From Rhodocyclaceae bacterium (GTDB lineage Bacteria > Pseudomonadota > Gammaproteobacteria > Burkholderiales > Rhodocyclaceae), in contig JBNLET010000242.1 in the NCBI GenBank assembly GCA_050305135.1, forward strand, positions 1 through 46,300: a stretch of 46,300 bases of DNA, written 5' to 3'. A program made the translations under genes and the position numbers. Shown here piece by piece: positions 21,956 through 33,041 of the stretch (the first letter of the stretch is position 1; every line of letters begins with the position of its first letter). The notes beneath the pieces are model-generated. The model had not been told where the DNA came from. It worked only from the letters and a program-made list of their open reading frames with translations, and did no database searches.

Positions 21956-22984
21956 TCAAGCCAGAGAATACGGCAGCGGCAGCAGTTCGGCGGCCGGGCC
22001 GTCGGGCGCGCCGAGACGGATTGCGCCGCCGTCCACGCTCGAACTCTGCAGTACCGCCAGGCACTCGATGCCGCCCTCGGGCGCCGCCGCCGCCATCACG
22101 ATCTTGCCGATCGACTGCTCACCGAAATCGGCCGAAAACAGGTCCTGCCCGACCTGTGCCTCGGTTCCGGCCGGAAAACGCAGCCGGTAGGTCCGCTTCT
22201 TCAGCTTGCCGAGGTACTGCGTGCGGGCGACGATTTCCTGGCCCGGATAGCAGCCCTTGTTGAAGCTCACGCCGCCGATCAGCTCGTAGTTCAGCATCTG
22301 CGCGACGAATTCCTCCTGCACCGGCTGCGTCACCCGCGGCAGGCCGGCCCGGATCTGCATCAGGTCCCAGGCGCCGGTGCCGGCGGCGCGGGCGCCGGCC
22401 GCCAGCAGGGCCTGCCAGCGGTCGGCGGCCTCGTTTGCGGCGGCCAGTACGATGAACATCCGCGGATTGATCTGCAGCGTGCGCGGCGCCAGCTCCGGCG
22501 CCACGCTCATCGGCGTGGTCGGCTGCTCCAGCCCGGCCGAGGCGAGGACGTCGGCGGCCTCCTCACCGGCCACGCCGATCAGGCCGAACTCGCCGCTCGC
22601 ATCCTCGACCCGCGTCTTGCTGCGCAGTACGTACATCGACAGCTTCTTGCGTACCTGTTCGTGCAGATCCGCCGACAGCGCCAGCATCACGCTTGCGTCG
22701 TCCTTCCACAGCAGCAGGCTGGCGATCATCCGGCCTTTCGCACTGTTCAGGCTGTTCCACTGCAAGGCGCCGTCGGCCAGCTTCTTGACCTCGTTCGACA
22801 GCAGGTTGTGCAGGAAATCGAGCCGGTCCTCGCCCGATACCCGGATCAGGCGCCACTGCAGCAGCGGTACCGCCACCGTGCCGGCGGCGAGCAGGCCCGC
22901 CGACTCGGCGGCCGAGGCGAATTCGTAGGACGTGGGCGGCGCGGCATCGTCGGCCAGCGCGAGGAACGGGTAGGGATTCATCAT
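21956..22984 (-). CDS. ygfZ: folate-binding Fe-S cluster repair protein YgfZ (GcvT-like fold)
   Basis: 342 aa from the tandem ATG ATG at 22984. The YgfZ hallmark KGCYPGQE is present near the C-terminal third. Confidence 0.8.
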   Translation of the reverse strand: MMNPYPFLALADDAAPPTSYEFASAAESAGLLAAGTVAVPLLQWRLIRVSGEDRLDFLHNLLSNEVKKLADGALQWNSLNSAKGRMIASLLLWKDDASVMLALSADLHEQVRKKLSMYVLRSKTRVEDASGEFGLIGVAGEEAADVLASAGLEQPTTPMSVAPELAPRTLQINPRMFIVLAAANEAADRWQALLAAGARAAGTGAWDLMQIRAGLPRVTQPVQEEFVAQMLNYELIGGVSFNKGCYPGQEIVARTQYLGKLKKRTYRLRFPAGTEAQVGQDLFSADFGEQSIGKIVMAAAAPEGGIECLAVLQSSSVDGGAIRLGAPDGPAAELLPLPYSLA

Positions 22985-23121
22985 CTTGAGCGAATTCAAT
23001 GTGGGGGGCGGTGAATGGCGTGAAGTATTATAGGGCGCCTCCGGCCCGCGCCAGTGCTTCGATTGCAGTGCACCATGGCGGCGCCGGTGTCCGATCGGCT
23101 TCCAGCTCGCACCCATCCACG

Positions 23122-24123
23122 ATGATCCGGCTTCTCGTCAGACTCCTGCTGTTCGCGCTGCTGGCTTGCGCGCTGCTGTCGCTCGCCGCTGCCTGGCTGG
23201 TGCAGCGCCCGCTCGCCATCGACGGCGGGCGGGCCGACTTCACGGTGGCCAGGGGCAGCACCGTGAGGGCGGCGGCGGCGGCGATGCGCGAGGCCGGCAT
23301 CGAGCTCGAGCCACGGCTCTTCTACTGGCTCGCCAGATTGTCCGGCAAGGCACGCCAGATCAAGGCGGGCAGCTACGAGATCGTAGCGCCGATCGACACC
23401 TGGCAGCTGCTCGAAAAGCTGACCGCCGGCGACGTGTCGCTGCGCGAACTGCGGCTGATCGAGGGGTGGACCTTCGCCCAGGTGCGGGCCGCGGTCGATG
23501 CCCATCCCGACCTGGTGCACGACAGCCTCGGCCTCGACGCCGGCGAGATCCTGGCCCGCATCGGCGCCCGCGAGACGGCGCCGGAAGGATTGTTCTTCCC
23601 CGACACCTATCTTTTCGATCTGCACTCCAGCGACCTGGACGTCTTCCGCCGCGCCTATCGCGAGATGCAGGCGCGCTTGCAGCAGGCCTGGCAGGCGCGC
23701 GCCGAGGGATTGCCGTTCGAGACGCCGTACCAGGCGCTGATCCTGGCCTCGATCGTCGAAAAGGAGACCGGCCGGGCCGACGATCGCCCGCTGATCGCGT
23801 CGGTCTTCGTGAACCGGTTGCGGCGCGGCATGCGGCTGCAGACCGATCCGACCGTGATCTACGGCCTGGGCGAAGCCTTCGACGGCAATCTGCGGCGGCG
23901 CGACCTGGAACGCGATACGCCGTACAACACCTACACCCGGGCCGGCCTGCCGCCGACCCCGATCGCGATGCCGGGCGCCGGTGCGATTGCGGCGGTCTTG
24001 AATCCGGCCGACACGAAGAACCTCTATTTCGTCGCGCGAGGTGACGGCAGCAGTGTCTTTTCGCGTACCTTGCAGGAACACAACCGGGCGGTGGCCCGAT
24101 ACCAGCTCGGACGAGGCCGATAG
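23122..24123 (+). CDS. mltG: endolytic murein transglycosylase MltG (YceG family)
   Basis: 333 aa with an N-terminal TM anchor (MIRLLVRLLLFALLACALLSLAAAWL). The YceG core has TPYNTYTRAGLPPTPIAMPG and the glutamate of ASIVEKETG. Confidence 0.9.
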   Translation: MIRLLVRLLLFALLACALLSLAAAWLVQRPLAIDGGRADFTVARGSTVRAAAAAMREAGIELEPRLFYWLARLSGKARQIKAGSYEIVAPIDTWQLLEKLTAGDVSLRELRLIEGWTFAQVRAAVDAHPDLVHDSLGLDAGEILARIGARETAPEGLFFPDTYLFDLHSSDLDVFRRAYREMQARLQQAWQARAEGLPFETPYQALILASIVEKETGRADDRPLIASVFVNRLRRGMRLQTDPTVIYGLGEAFDGNLRRRDLERDTPYNTYTRAGLPPTPIAMPGAGAIAAVLNPADTKNLYFVARGDGSSVFSRTLQEHNRAVARYQLGRGR

Positions 24124-24126
24124 ACA

Positions 24127-24741
24127 GTGAGCGAGGCAGGGCGGTTCATCACCTTCGAGGGCATCGACGGTGCCGGCAAGAGCAGCCAGATCGCTGCCGC
24201 GGTGGCCCACCTGCGGCACGGCGGCCGCACGGTCGTGCAAACCAGGGAACCCGGCGGTACGCCGCTCGGCGAACGGCTGCGGGAACTGCTGCTGCACGAG
24301 CCGATGCACCTGGAGACCGAGGCCATGCTGATGTTCGCGGCCCGCCGCGAACACCTGGCCGAGTTGATCCGGCCGGCGCTGGCACGCGGCGAGTGGGTCG
24401 TGTCGGACCGCTTCACCGATGCCACCTTTGCCTACCAGGTGGGCGGAAGAGGCCTCGACCCGGAGCGCTTCGAGGCGCTCGAGGCCTGGGTGCACGCGGG
24501 CTTCCAGCCTCACCTGACGATCCTGTTCGACCTCGACCCGGCCGTTGCCGCGGCGCGCGTGGCGGCCGCCGGCAGCGCGCCCGACCGCTTCGAGCGCGAA
24601 CGGCTCGATTTCTTCGGGCGCGTCCGCGACGCCTACCTGGTCCGCGCGAAGTCCGCCGCCGCGCGCTTCCGCGTCATCGATGCCACTGCATCGATCGAGG
24701 AGATCCGGCGCCAGGTGATCGACGCGGTGGCTTCGGCATGA
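24127..24741 (+). CDS. tmk: thymidylate kinase
   Basis: 204 aa from a GTG start. The P-loop is [14 protein letters not shown] and the DRF motif is VVSDRF. Confidence 0.9.
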   Translation: MSEAGRFITFEGIDGAGKSSQIAAAVAHLRHGGRTVVQTREPGGTPLGERLRELLLHEPMHLETEAMLMFAARREHLAELIRPALARGEWVVSDRFTDATFAYQVGGRGLDPERFEALEAWVHAGFQPHLTILFDLDPAVAAARVAAAGSAPDRFERERLDFFGRVRDAYLVRAKSAAARFRVIDATASIEEIRRQVIDAVASA

Positions 24742-25790
24742 GCAACTGGCCCGGCTGGCTCGACCGCCCGTGGGCGGCCTTGTGCGAGCGGCTCGACCGG
24801 CTGCCGCACGGCATCCTGCTGAGCGGGCCGCCGGGCGTCGGCAAGCGCCTGCTGGCCGAGGCGCTCGCTGCGCGCCTGCTGTGCCAGTCGGCGGCCGGCG
24901 CGCAGCAGGCCTGCGGGCAGTGCGCTTCGTGCCGGTTGCGCCTGGCCGGCACGCACCCCGACCTGCAGCTGGTGGTGCCCGAGGCCAGCCAGGAGGCGGC
25001 GGCCGAGCCGGCCGCGCGCAAGGGTGCCAAGCCCTCGACGCAGATCCTGATCGAGCAGGTCCGGGCGCTGCAGGCCTCGCTGGAAGTGACCGCCCACCTG
25101 GGCGGGCGCCGGGTCGCGATCATCGATCCGGCCGAGGCGATGAACGCCTTCACCGCCAATGCCTTGCTCAAGCTGCTGGAGGAGCCGCCGCGCGAGACGC
25201 ATCTGCTGCTGCTGAGCGCGGTGCCGCGGCGCCTGCTGCCGACGCTGCGCAGCCGCTGCCAGCAGTGGGCGCTGGCCAACCCTTCGGCGCAGGCCGCCGG
25301 CGAGTGGCTCGACGCGCAGGGCGTGCAAGGCCGCAACGGCCTGTTGCCGCTGCTCGGCGGATCGCCGCTCGAAGTGGCGAGACTCGCCGCCCTCGGCGTC
25401 GGCGAAGCGCTGGAGCGATTCGTCGCCGACATCGGCGCGCTGGCGCGGCACGGCGACGCGCTCGAGCTGGCCGGCCGCTGGGAGGCCTGGACGCGCAGCA
25501 AGGACGGGGCGGCGGCCGGACTCGACATGCCGACGCTGTCGGATTGGATGCTGCGCTGGTGTTGGGACCTGGTGGCCTCAAAATCCGGCGTCCCGGTCCG
25601 TTATTTCCCGGGCCAGGCGGAGCTGATGGCCGGCCTGGTCGGGCCGCTGCCATTGCCGCAACTGCTCGACTGTTACAATGAGATCGGGCAGATCCGGCGC
25701 AGCGCCAGTCATCCACTGAACCTGCGCCTGGCTGTCGAAGACATGTTGCTGCGCTACCAGCGCGCCATTTCAGGCAGGCAGAAGAGATGA
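24738..25790 (+). CDS. holB: DNA polymerase III subunit delta'
   Basis: 350 aa with an ATGA overlap to tmk. It has the degenerate P-loop [11 protein letters not shown] and the zinc module CGQCASC. Confidence 0.85.
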   Translation: MSNWPGWLDRPWAALCERLDRLPHGILLSGPPGVGKRLLAEALAARLLCQSAAGAQQACGQCASCRLRLAGTHPDLQLVVPEASQEAAAEPAARKGAKPSTQILIEQVRALQASLEVTAHLGGRRVAIIDPAEAMNAFTANALLKLLEEPPRETHLLLLSAVPRRLLPTLRSRCQQWALANPSAQAAGEWLDAQGVQGRNGLLPLLGGSPLEVARLAALGVGEALERFVADIGALARHGDALELAGRWEAWTRSKDGAAAGLDMPTLSDWMLRWCWDLVASKSGVPVRYFPGQAELMAGLVGPLPLPQLLDCYNEIGQIRRSASHPLNLRLAVEDMLLRYQRAISGRQKR

Positions 25791-26152
25791 ACAAGCCAGT
25801 CAGAGCCCCGGGATCGCGTCCGGCGGTCGTATCGCTCAACATCAACTCCAAGTCCGCGCTGTACGCGGCCTACATGCCGTTCCTCAAGAACGGCGGCATC
25901 TTCGTGCCGACCGCCAAGAACTACCGGCTCGGCGACGAAATCTTCATGCTGCTGCAGCTGATGGACGATCCGGCCAAGCATCCGGTCGCCGGCACGGTGG
26001 TCTGGATCACCCCGCAGGATGCCCAGGGCAACAAGACCGTCGGCGTCGGCGTCCATTTCAACGAGGACGACACGGCCAAGGTCGTCCGCGGCAACATCGA
26101 GAAGATCCTGGCCGGACACCTGGGCTCCAATCGCCCGACCCACACGATCTGA
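25787..26152 (+). CDS. pilZ: PilZ-domain protein (type IV pilus assembly PilZ type)
   Basis: 121 aa, overlapping the holB stop. The tmk-holB-pilZ-tatD order is the conserved arrangement known from Pseudomonas/Xanthomonas. Confidence 0.8.
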   Translation: MNKPVRAPGSRPAVVSLNINSKSALYAAYMPFLKNGGIFVPTAKNYRLGDEIFMLLQLMDDPAKHPVAGTVVWITPQDAQGNKTVGVGVHFNEDDTAKVVRGNIEKILAGHLGSNRPTHTI

Positions 26153-26919
26153 TGTACGTCGACTCCCACTGCCACCTCGACTTTCCGGAACTGCTCGAAC
26201 GCGAGGACGCCATCCTCGCCGCGATGGCCGCCGCTTCGGTCACGCGCGCGATGTGCATCGGCGTCAAGCTGGAGACGATGGATCGCGTGATCGCGCTGGC
26301 CGAGCGGCACGACAACCTGTACGCCACGGTCGGCGTGCATCCCGACGGCGCCGACGTGGCGGAGCCGGACGAAGAAACGCTGCTCGCGCTGGCCGACCAT
26401 CCGAAGGTGCTCGGCATCGGCGAGACCGGGCTCGACTACTACTGGCACAAGGATGCGCCGGAATGGCAGCGGCAGCGTTTCCGCACCCACATCCGGGCCG
26501 CCCGGCGCTGCGCCAAGCCGCTGGTGATCCATACCCGCGACGCGGCCGAAGACACGCTGCGCCTGATGCGGGAGGAAGGCGCCGGCGAAGTCGGCGGCGT
26601 GATGCACTGCTTCACGGAATCGCAGGCGGTGGCCGATGCGGCGCTCGAGCTGGGCTTCCACATCTCCTTTTCCGGCATCGTCACGTTCCGCAATGCCAAG
26701 GCCTTGAAGGAGGTGGCCCGCCGGGTGCCGCTCGAGCGCATGCTGATCGAGACCGACTCGCCCTACCTGGCGCCGACGCCCCACCGCGGCAAGACCAACG
26801 AGCCCGCCTACGTGGTGCATGTGGCCGAGGAGATCGCGCGGCTGAAGGAAATCCCGCTCGACGAGGTGGCCGAGGCCACCAGCCGCAACTTCGAGCGACT
26901 GTTCCTGGGGGGGCGGTAA
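26152..26919 (+). CDS. TatD-family metal-dependent DNase (YcfH-like)
   Basis: 255 aa with the HxH motif MYVDSHCHLDF and later conserved E/H/D metal ligands. Confidence 0.9.
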   Translation: MYVDSHCHLDFPELLEREDAILAAMAAASVTRAMCIGVKLETMDRVIALAERHDNLYATVGVHPDGADVAEPDEETLLALADHPKVLGIGETGLDYYWHKDAPEWQRQRFRTHIRAARRCAKPLVIHTRDAAEDTLRLMREEGAGEVGGVMHCFTESQAVADAALELGFHISFSGIVTFRNAKALKEVARRVPLERMLIETDSPYLAPTPHRGKTNEPAYVVHVAEEIARLKEIPLDEVAEATSRNFERLFLGGR

Positions 26920-26920
26920 G

Positions 26921-27556
26921 GTGCGCTGGCTGAGGAAGCTGTTGATGGCCCTGATGCTCGCCGCGGCCGGCGGCGTCCTTGCCGGCAGCTACGAGGATGC
27001 ACTGGAGGCCGCTTCCAAGGGCAACACCGAGGCGCTGGCGGCGCTTCTGGCCAAGGGCATCGACCCGGATACCACGGACGAGCAGGGCAACAACCTGTTG
27101 CTGCTGGCGGCGCGCGACGGCCACGCGGACACTGTCGAGCTGCTGCTCCGCTATCGGGCGGATCCGATGAAGAAGAACCTGATGGGCGATTCGGCGCCGA
27201 TGCTGGCGGCCTTGAGGGGGCATCGCGCGGTGGTCGCGAAGTTCATCCAATCGGGCCGCCGGATCGAGGGCGAAGGCTGGACACCGCTGATGTACGCAGC
27301 CTTCGAGGGCCACCAGAAGATCGTCACCGACCTGCTGGCCGCCGGCGCCAGCATCAACGCCCGCGCCCCCAACCAGGCCACGCCGCTGATGCTGGCGGCG
27401 CGCAACGGGCACGAGTCGGTGGTCAAGCTGTTGTTGAAGGCCGGTGCCGATCCCAACCTGCGCAACGATCGCGGCCAGTCCGCCGCCGAGTGGGCGCTGG
27501 AGAACGGCAACAACGTGATTGCGGGCCACATCCGCAGGGCGCAGGCCGCGCGCTGA
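26921..27556 (+). CDS. secreted ankyrin-repeat protein (signal peptide + ~5 ANK repeats)
   Basis: 211 aa. There is a GTG start at 26921, with an alternative ATG at 26945. The signal peptide is RWLRKLLMALMLAAAGGVLA. ANK repeats recur as …G.TPLM.AA..GH..VV.LLL..GAD.N…. Confidence 0.75.
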   Translation: MRWLRKLLMALMLAAAGGVLAGSYEDALEAASKGNTEALAALLAKGIDPDTTDEQGNNLLLLAARDGHADTVELLLRYRADPMKKNLMGDSAPMLAALRGHRAVVAKFIQSGRRIEGEGWTPLMYAAFEGHQKIVTDLLAAGASINARAPNQATPLMLAARNGHESVVKLLLKAGADPNLRNDRGQSAAEWALENGNNVIAGHIRRAQAAR

Positions 27557-27584
27557 GGGCCGCCATCGGCGCGCGGCGCCCGGC

Positions 27585-29151
<1,567 letters not shown>

Positions 29152-29180
29152 CGCTGGGTTCGGCGCGACCATAAGCGCAT

Positions 29181-29260
29181 ATAGGGATAACATAGGGCGC
29201 ATAAGCGCTATAAGCAGGATATGCCGCCATGGCGTGGAAATAAACCCTTATCCGATCCTC
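29181..29260. promoter_or_regulatory. candidate enhancer (UAS) repeats: ATAAGCGC / GCGCTTAT-type inverted repeats and a TAGGG direct repeat, upstream of the sigma-54 promoter
   Basis: The sequence is ataagcgcatatagggataacatagggcgcataagcgctataagcagg. ATAAGCGC appears three times, once as an inverted copy. Confidence 0.3.
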
Positions 29261-29268
29261 ATCATCGC

Positions 29269-29284
29269 TGGCCCGCTTTCTGCA
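29269..29284 (+). promoter_or_regulatory. candidate sigma-54 (-24/-12) promoter TGGCCCGCTTTCTGCA, ~62 bp upstream of the REC-GGDEF gene
   Basis: GG and GC are exactly 12 bp apart (consensus TGGCAC-N5-TTGCW). It lies immediately downstream of the divergently encoded sigma-54 EBP gene and its candidate UAS. Confidence 0.45.
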
Positions 29285-29345
29285 TGGATGCTCGAATCCA
29301 GTCGATGGCCCTTGCCGCGCGCTAGTGCCCAACACAGGCGAATAC

Positions 29346-30314
29346 ATGACCCGGAAGCCGGAGAGCACCCGGCGGGCACCGATCGTTCTCGCGGTCGATG
29401 ACGTGCCCGCCAACCTGGACGTGCTGGTCGAGCACCTGCACCAGGAAGATATCGAGTTGACCGTCGCCCTGTCCGGCGAAGAGGGGCTGGAACTGGCCCG
29501 CAACCTGCGGCCGGACCTGATCCTGCTCGACGTGATGATGCCGGGCATGGACGGCTTCGAGGTCTGCCGCCGGCTGAAGGGCGAGCCGGAGCTGAAGGAC
29601 ATCCCGGTGCTCTTCCTGACCGCGGTGGACGAGGAGGTGGAGATCGAGCGGGGCTTCGCGCTCGGCGCTGTCGATTACGTCCATAAACCGTTCTCGCTGC
29701 CGATCCTGAAGGCACGGATGCGCAATCACCTGGCGCTCAAGCGCAAGAGCGACGAGCTGGCGCAACTGGCGTGCACGGACGGCCTGACCGGCGTCGCCAA
29801 CCGGCGCCATTTCGACCTTTCGATCGACGCCGAATGGCTGCGCGCGGTGCGCCATCGGCAGCCGCTGTCGCTGATCGTCATCGACGTGGACCACTTCAAG
29901 CGCTTCAACGACCGCTATGGCCACGGCGAGGGCGACCGGTGCCTGAAGCAGGTGGCGCTCGCCTTGGGCGGCTGCATACGGCGGCCGGGCGATCTGCTGG
30001 CTCGATACGGCGGCGAGGAGTTCGTCGCTCTGTTGCCGGACACCGGCGCCGAAGCCGCCGCTGCGATGGCCGAGAGGATGTGGCGGGCGGTCGCCGTGCT
30101 GGCCATCGAGCATGCCGGCAACCCGCCCGACGGCCGCGTCAGCATCAGTCTCGGGGTCGCGACCGCGATGCCGCAGCCGGGAGCGACGGCCGCGGCGCTG
30201 CTGGCCAGCGCCGACGAGCGCCTCTACCAGGCGAAAGCGGCGGGCCGCAACCGGATCGTCGGCGAGGGGGGCGCCGCCGCAGCTGCCGAAGGGCGGCGGG
30301 AGTCGCGCTCGTGA
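29346..30314 (+). CDS. response regulator with diguanylate cyclase output (REC-GGDEF, PleD/WspR-like)
   Basis: About 322 aa. The REC domain has LLDVMMPGMDG with the same DVMMPGMDGFEVCRRLK block as the neighbouring EBP. The GGDEF active site is RYGGEEF and the I-site is RRPGD. A GTG start at 29325 is possible. Confidence 0.85.
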   Translation: MTRKPESTRRAPIVLAVDDVPANLDVLVEHLHQEDIELTVALSGEEGLELARNLRPDLILLDVMMPGMDGFEVCRRLKGEPELKDIPVLFLTAVDEEVEIERGFALGAVDYVHKPFSLPILKARMRNHLALKRKSDELAQLACTDGLTGVANRRHFDLSIDAEWLRAVRHRQPLSLIVIDVDHFKRFNDRYGHGEGDRCLKQVALALGGCIRRPGDLLARYGGEEFVALLPDTGAEAAAAMAERMWRAVAVLAIEHAGNPPDGRVSISLGVATAMPQPGATAAALLASADERLYQAKAAGRNRIVGEGGAAAAAEGRRESRS

Positions 30315-32395
30315 ACCGGCGCGGCGGCCGGAGGCTGCGCCGTACGACGGCACTGCTGGCGACATTGCTTGCCGCGCTGCTGGCGAATCCTCCTTCGCGT
30401 GCCGGCGAAAAGGACGATGCCGAACTGCTGGCGCTGCTCGACCTGCTCGAGGAGCAGACGACGATCGCGACCCAGACGCGCATGAACGCCGACTACGTGC
30501 CGGGCATGGTGAGCGTGCTGCAGGGCGACGACATGCGGGCCCGCGGACTTGCCACGGTCGGGGACGCCCTCGGACAGGTGGCCGGCTTCCACGTCACGGT
30601 GGACAACGTCGGCGACGTGCGGGCGATCGTGCGCGGCGTCGGCGCGACGCTGAACGCCACCAACCTGAAGATCCTGCTCGATGGCGTGGTGGCCAACCGC
30701 CCGACCGACGGATCCGCCGACTGGGTGTTGCGGCTGCCGCTGACGCAGGTCGAGCGCATCGAAGTCATACGCGGGCCGGGTTCGGCGATCTACGGCGGAT
30801 TCGCTTTCTCCGGCGTGGTCAACGTCCTGACCCGCGAAGGCCGGGCCGTCGGCGCGGGCCTGGGCGGCGACGGGGCCCGGCAGGGCGATCTGCGGCTCGA
30901 GTTCGGTGCCGCCGGGCAGGCCCGGCTGCGGCTCGAGGCCGGCGCATGGACACGGAGCGACAGCGGACTGGAAACGAATCCGGACAACTTTGCCGCCGAT
31001 GGTCTGGGCTATTCGCCCGCGCGGGTGTTCGACGGCGAACACGGCCGCTATCTGCTCGCCGAGCTCGACGCCCTCGGCTATCGCCTGCAGTTGCGGCACG
31101 CGCTGCTGAGCCGGGGGGGCGGCTACGGACGGACGGCGGCGCTGCCGCCGGGGCTCCCGGCGCGGGAAGAAAAGGTGCTGGGTGCGAACCTGGGCAAGAA
31201 CTGGCAGCTCGGCGAGGCGCTGAGCCTGTCGGCCTCGCTCGGCATGCAGCAGACCGATCTGGAACACGCCACGTTCCTGCCGCTGCCGGCCGGCGCCTTG
31301 CCGCCCGCTGCGCCAGGCCCGCTGCCGCAGGAGAACTATCGCCGCGACGGCAGCGCCGATCGGGCATATTCGGCCGAACTCGGCCTGGTGTGGATGGCCG
31401 GCGCCTCGCAGCGCGTCTATCTCGGCGCCAGCCACGAGCGCAGCAAGGTCACCGATGCCTTCACCTCGCTTAGCGGCGCCGACGGCCGGACCCGGGTGCT
31501 GCCGGCCGAGCAGACCCTGGTGCTGCAGGGCTCGAAGCGGGCCCTGACGAGCCTGACGCTGCAGGACCAGGTGCAGTTGCTCGACGACGTCGAACTGACC
31601 GCCGGCCTGCGCCACGACCACTACGACGACTGGGGCGGCCATACGTCGCCCAGGTTGGCGGCGGTATGGCGCCCGGTCGACCACCACATCTTCAAGCTGC
31701 AGTATGCGGAAGCGTTCCGCCCACCCAGCCTGACCGAGTACTACCCGGGACCCGAGTCATTCCCCGGCACCACGTTGTCGGGGAATCTGAACGAAGAGCG
31801 GATCCGCTCGCTCGAGGCGGCCTACGTCTTCCGCCGGGCGGACCGGCGGCTGCGGCTGACCTTGTACCGCACCGAGGTGAAGGACTTGATCGAGTTCTTC
31901 ATCGAGCCGGGACGGCCGCCGGCGTGGCGCAACCGCGGCGACATCGAGACCCGCGGCGCCGAGCTCGAATGGGCGCAGCGCATCGGCCGCAGCGTGCAGT
32001 GGTGGGCCAACCTGGCCTACGTGGAGGCCGAGGATCACCTGGACGACGACCGGCGCCTGCTCGGGGCGGTGGACTGGCTGGCCGGCTTCGGCCTGGGCTG
32101 GCACCCGGACAGCCGCATCACGCATACGCTGGGCGTGAACTACGTCGGCGAGCAGGAAGGCTGGGAACTGCGGCGCGCCCGAACGCCGCAGCGCGAACGC
32201 TTCGACGACTACGTGACGCTCGACTATGCCCTCACGCTGGACGACCTGCTGGGACGGGACGGCCTGACCGTGGCCGCCGGCGTGCGCAACCTGACCGACC
32301 AGCACTACGCGAGCGTCGCGACCCCGGCGCAGTTCCCCGACGGGCTGCCGCATGGCGAGCGCGAGTTCTGGTTGCGCGCGGAATACCGCTTCTGA
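30311..32395 (+). CDS. TonB-dependent outer-membrane receptor (plug + 22-strand barrel)
   Basis: 694 aa from a GTG at 30311 overlapping the upstream stop. It has a signal peptide, then a TonB-box-like DELLALLDLLEEQTTIAT segment, a plug domain and a C-terminal aromatic terminus (…LRAEYRF). Confidence 0.8.
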   Translation: MNRRGGRRLRRTTALLATLLAALLANPPSRAGEKDDAELLALLDLLEEQTTIATQTRMNADYVPGMVSVLQGDDMRARGLATVGDALGQVAGFHVTVDNVGDVRAIVRGVGATLNATNLKILLDGVVANRPTDGSADWVLRLPLTQVERIEVIRGPGSAIYGGFAFSGVVNVLTREGRAVGAGLGGDGARQGDLRLEFGAAGQARLRLEAGAWTRSDSGLETNPDNFAADGLGYSPARVFDGEHGRYLLAELDALGYRLQLRHALLSRGGGYGRTAALPPGLPAREEKVLGANLGKNWQLGEALSLSASLGMQQTDLEHATFLPLPAGALPPAAPGPLPQENYRRDGSADRAYSAELGLVWMAGASQRVYLGASHERSKVTDAFTSLSGADGRTRVLPAEQTLVLQGSKRALTSLTLQDQVQLLDDVELTAGLRHDHYDDWGGHTSPRLAAVWRPVDHHIFKLQYAEAFRPPSLTEYYPGPESFPGTTLSGNLNEERIRSLEAAYVFRRADRRLRLTLYRTEVKDLIEFFIEPGRPPAWRNRGDIETRGAELEWAQRIGRSVQWWANLAYVEAEDHLDDDRRLLGAVDWLAGFGLGWHPDSRITHTLGVNYVGEQEGWELRRARTPQRERFDDYVTLDYALTLDDLLGRDGLTVAAGVRNLTDQHYASVATPAQFPDGLPHGEREFWLRAEYRF

Positions 32396-32444
32396 CGGCG
32401 ATGGAGCGGACACCACCGATGGCCACCGACGGATCCAGCCGACC

Positions 32445-33041
32445 ATGAAGACCGCGGCTTCAACCGCCAGAAGGTTTTTCGCGTTCCAGCTGACGCTGGC
32501 GGTGCTGCTGTTTTCGCTGCCGAGCGTCAGCTTGGTGGCGCAGTCCTTCGGCGAGCGGCGGGTGCATGTCGGTCTGAAGCTGTTCCGCACGCTGCTGGCG
32601 GCCGACACCGACAACGGCAGCAAGCTCGATGCCGACGGCAAGCTGCCGGTCTACCTGGCCTACGCCGACGATGATCGCGATGCGCGCGACTACGCCCGCA
32701 GCCTGTCCGTCGGCATGAAATCGGTGCGCGGCATCGAGGTCCGGGTGGAGGTGGCCGCGTTGTCGGAGCTGCTGCAGGGCGACATCGCGCCGGCGGCGAT
32801 CTTCGTCGCCCAGCCCCTCGAGGATGCCGAGATCGCGCAGCTGGTACGCTATTCGATCGAGCGCCGGGTGATCGTCTTCTCGCCGTTCGAAGGCGACGTC
32901 GAGAAGGGTGTGCTGGGCGGTATTTCGGTGGAGGCCACGGTGCGGCCACTGATCAACATGCGCACGCTGGCGGCCAGCGGCGTGGCGATCAAGGGTTTCT
33001 ACCTCAAGGTGGTGAAGCGCTATGGCGACGGGGACGACTAG
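32445..33041 (+). CDS. periplasmic YfiR-like (DUF4154) protein
   Basis: 198 aa with a signal peptide (MKTAASTARRFFAFQLTLAVLLFSLPSVSLVAQS). The size and context (TonB-receptor / DUF4154 / histidine-kinase trio) are recurrent. The family assignment is from memory and tentative. Confidence 0.5.
   Translation: MKTAASTARRFFAFQLTLAVLLFSLPSVSLVAQSFGERRVHVGLKLFRTLLAADTDNGSKLDADGKLPVYLAYADDDRDARDYARSLSVGMKSVRGIEVRVEVAALSELLQGDIAPAAIFVAQPLEDAEIAQLVRYSIERRVIVFSPFEGDVEKGVLGGISVEATVRPLINMRTLAASGVAIKGFYLKVVKRYGDGDD

Noticed and set aside
27557-27584. Bidirectional intrinsic terminator between convergent ankyrin and EBP genes
   Set aside because: There are only imperfect short GC inverted repeats and no U/A tracts on either strand.
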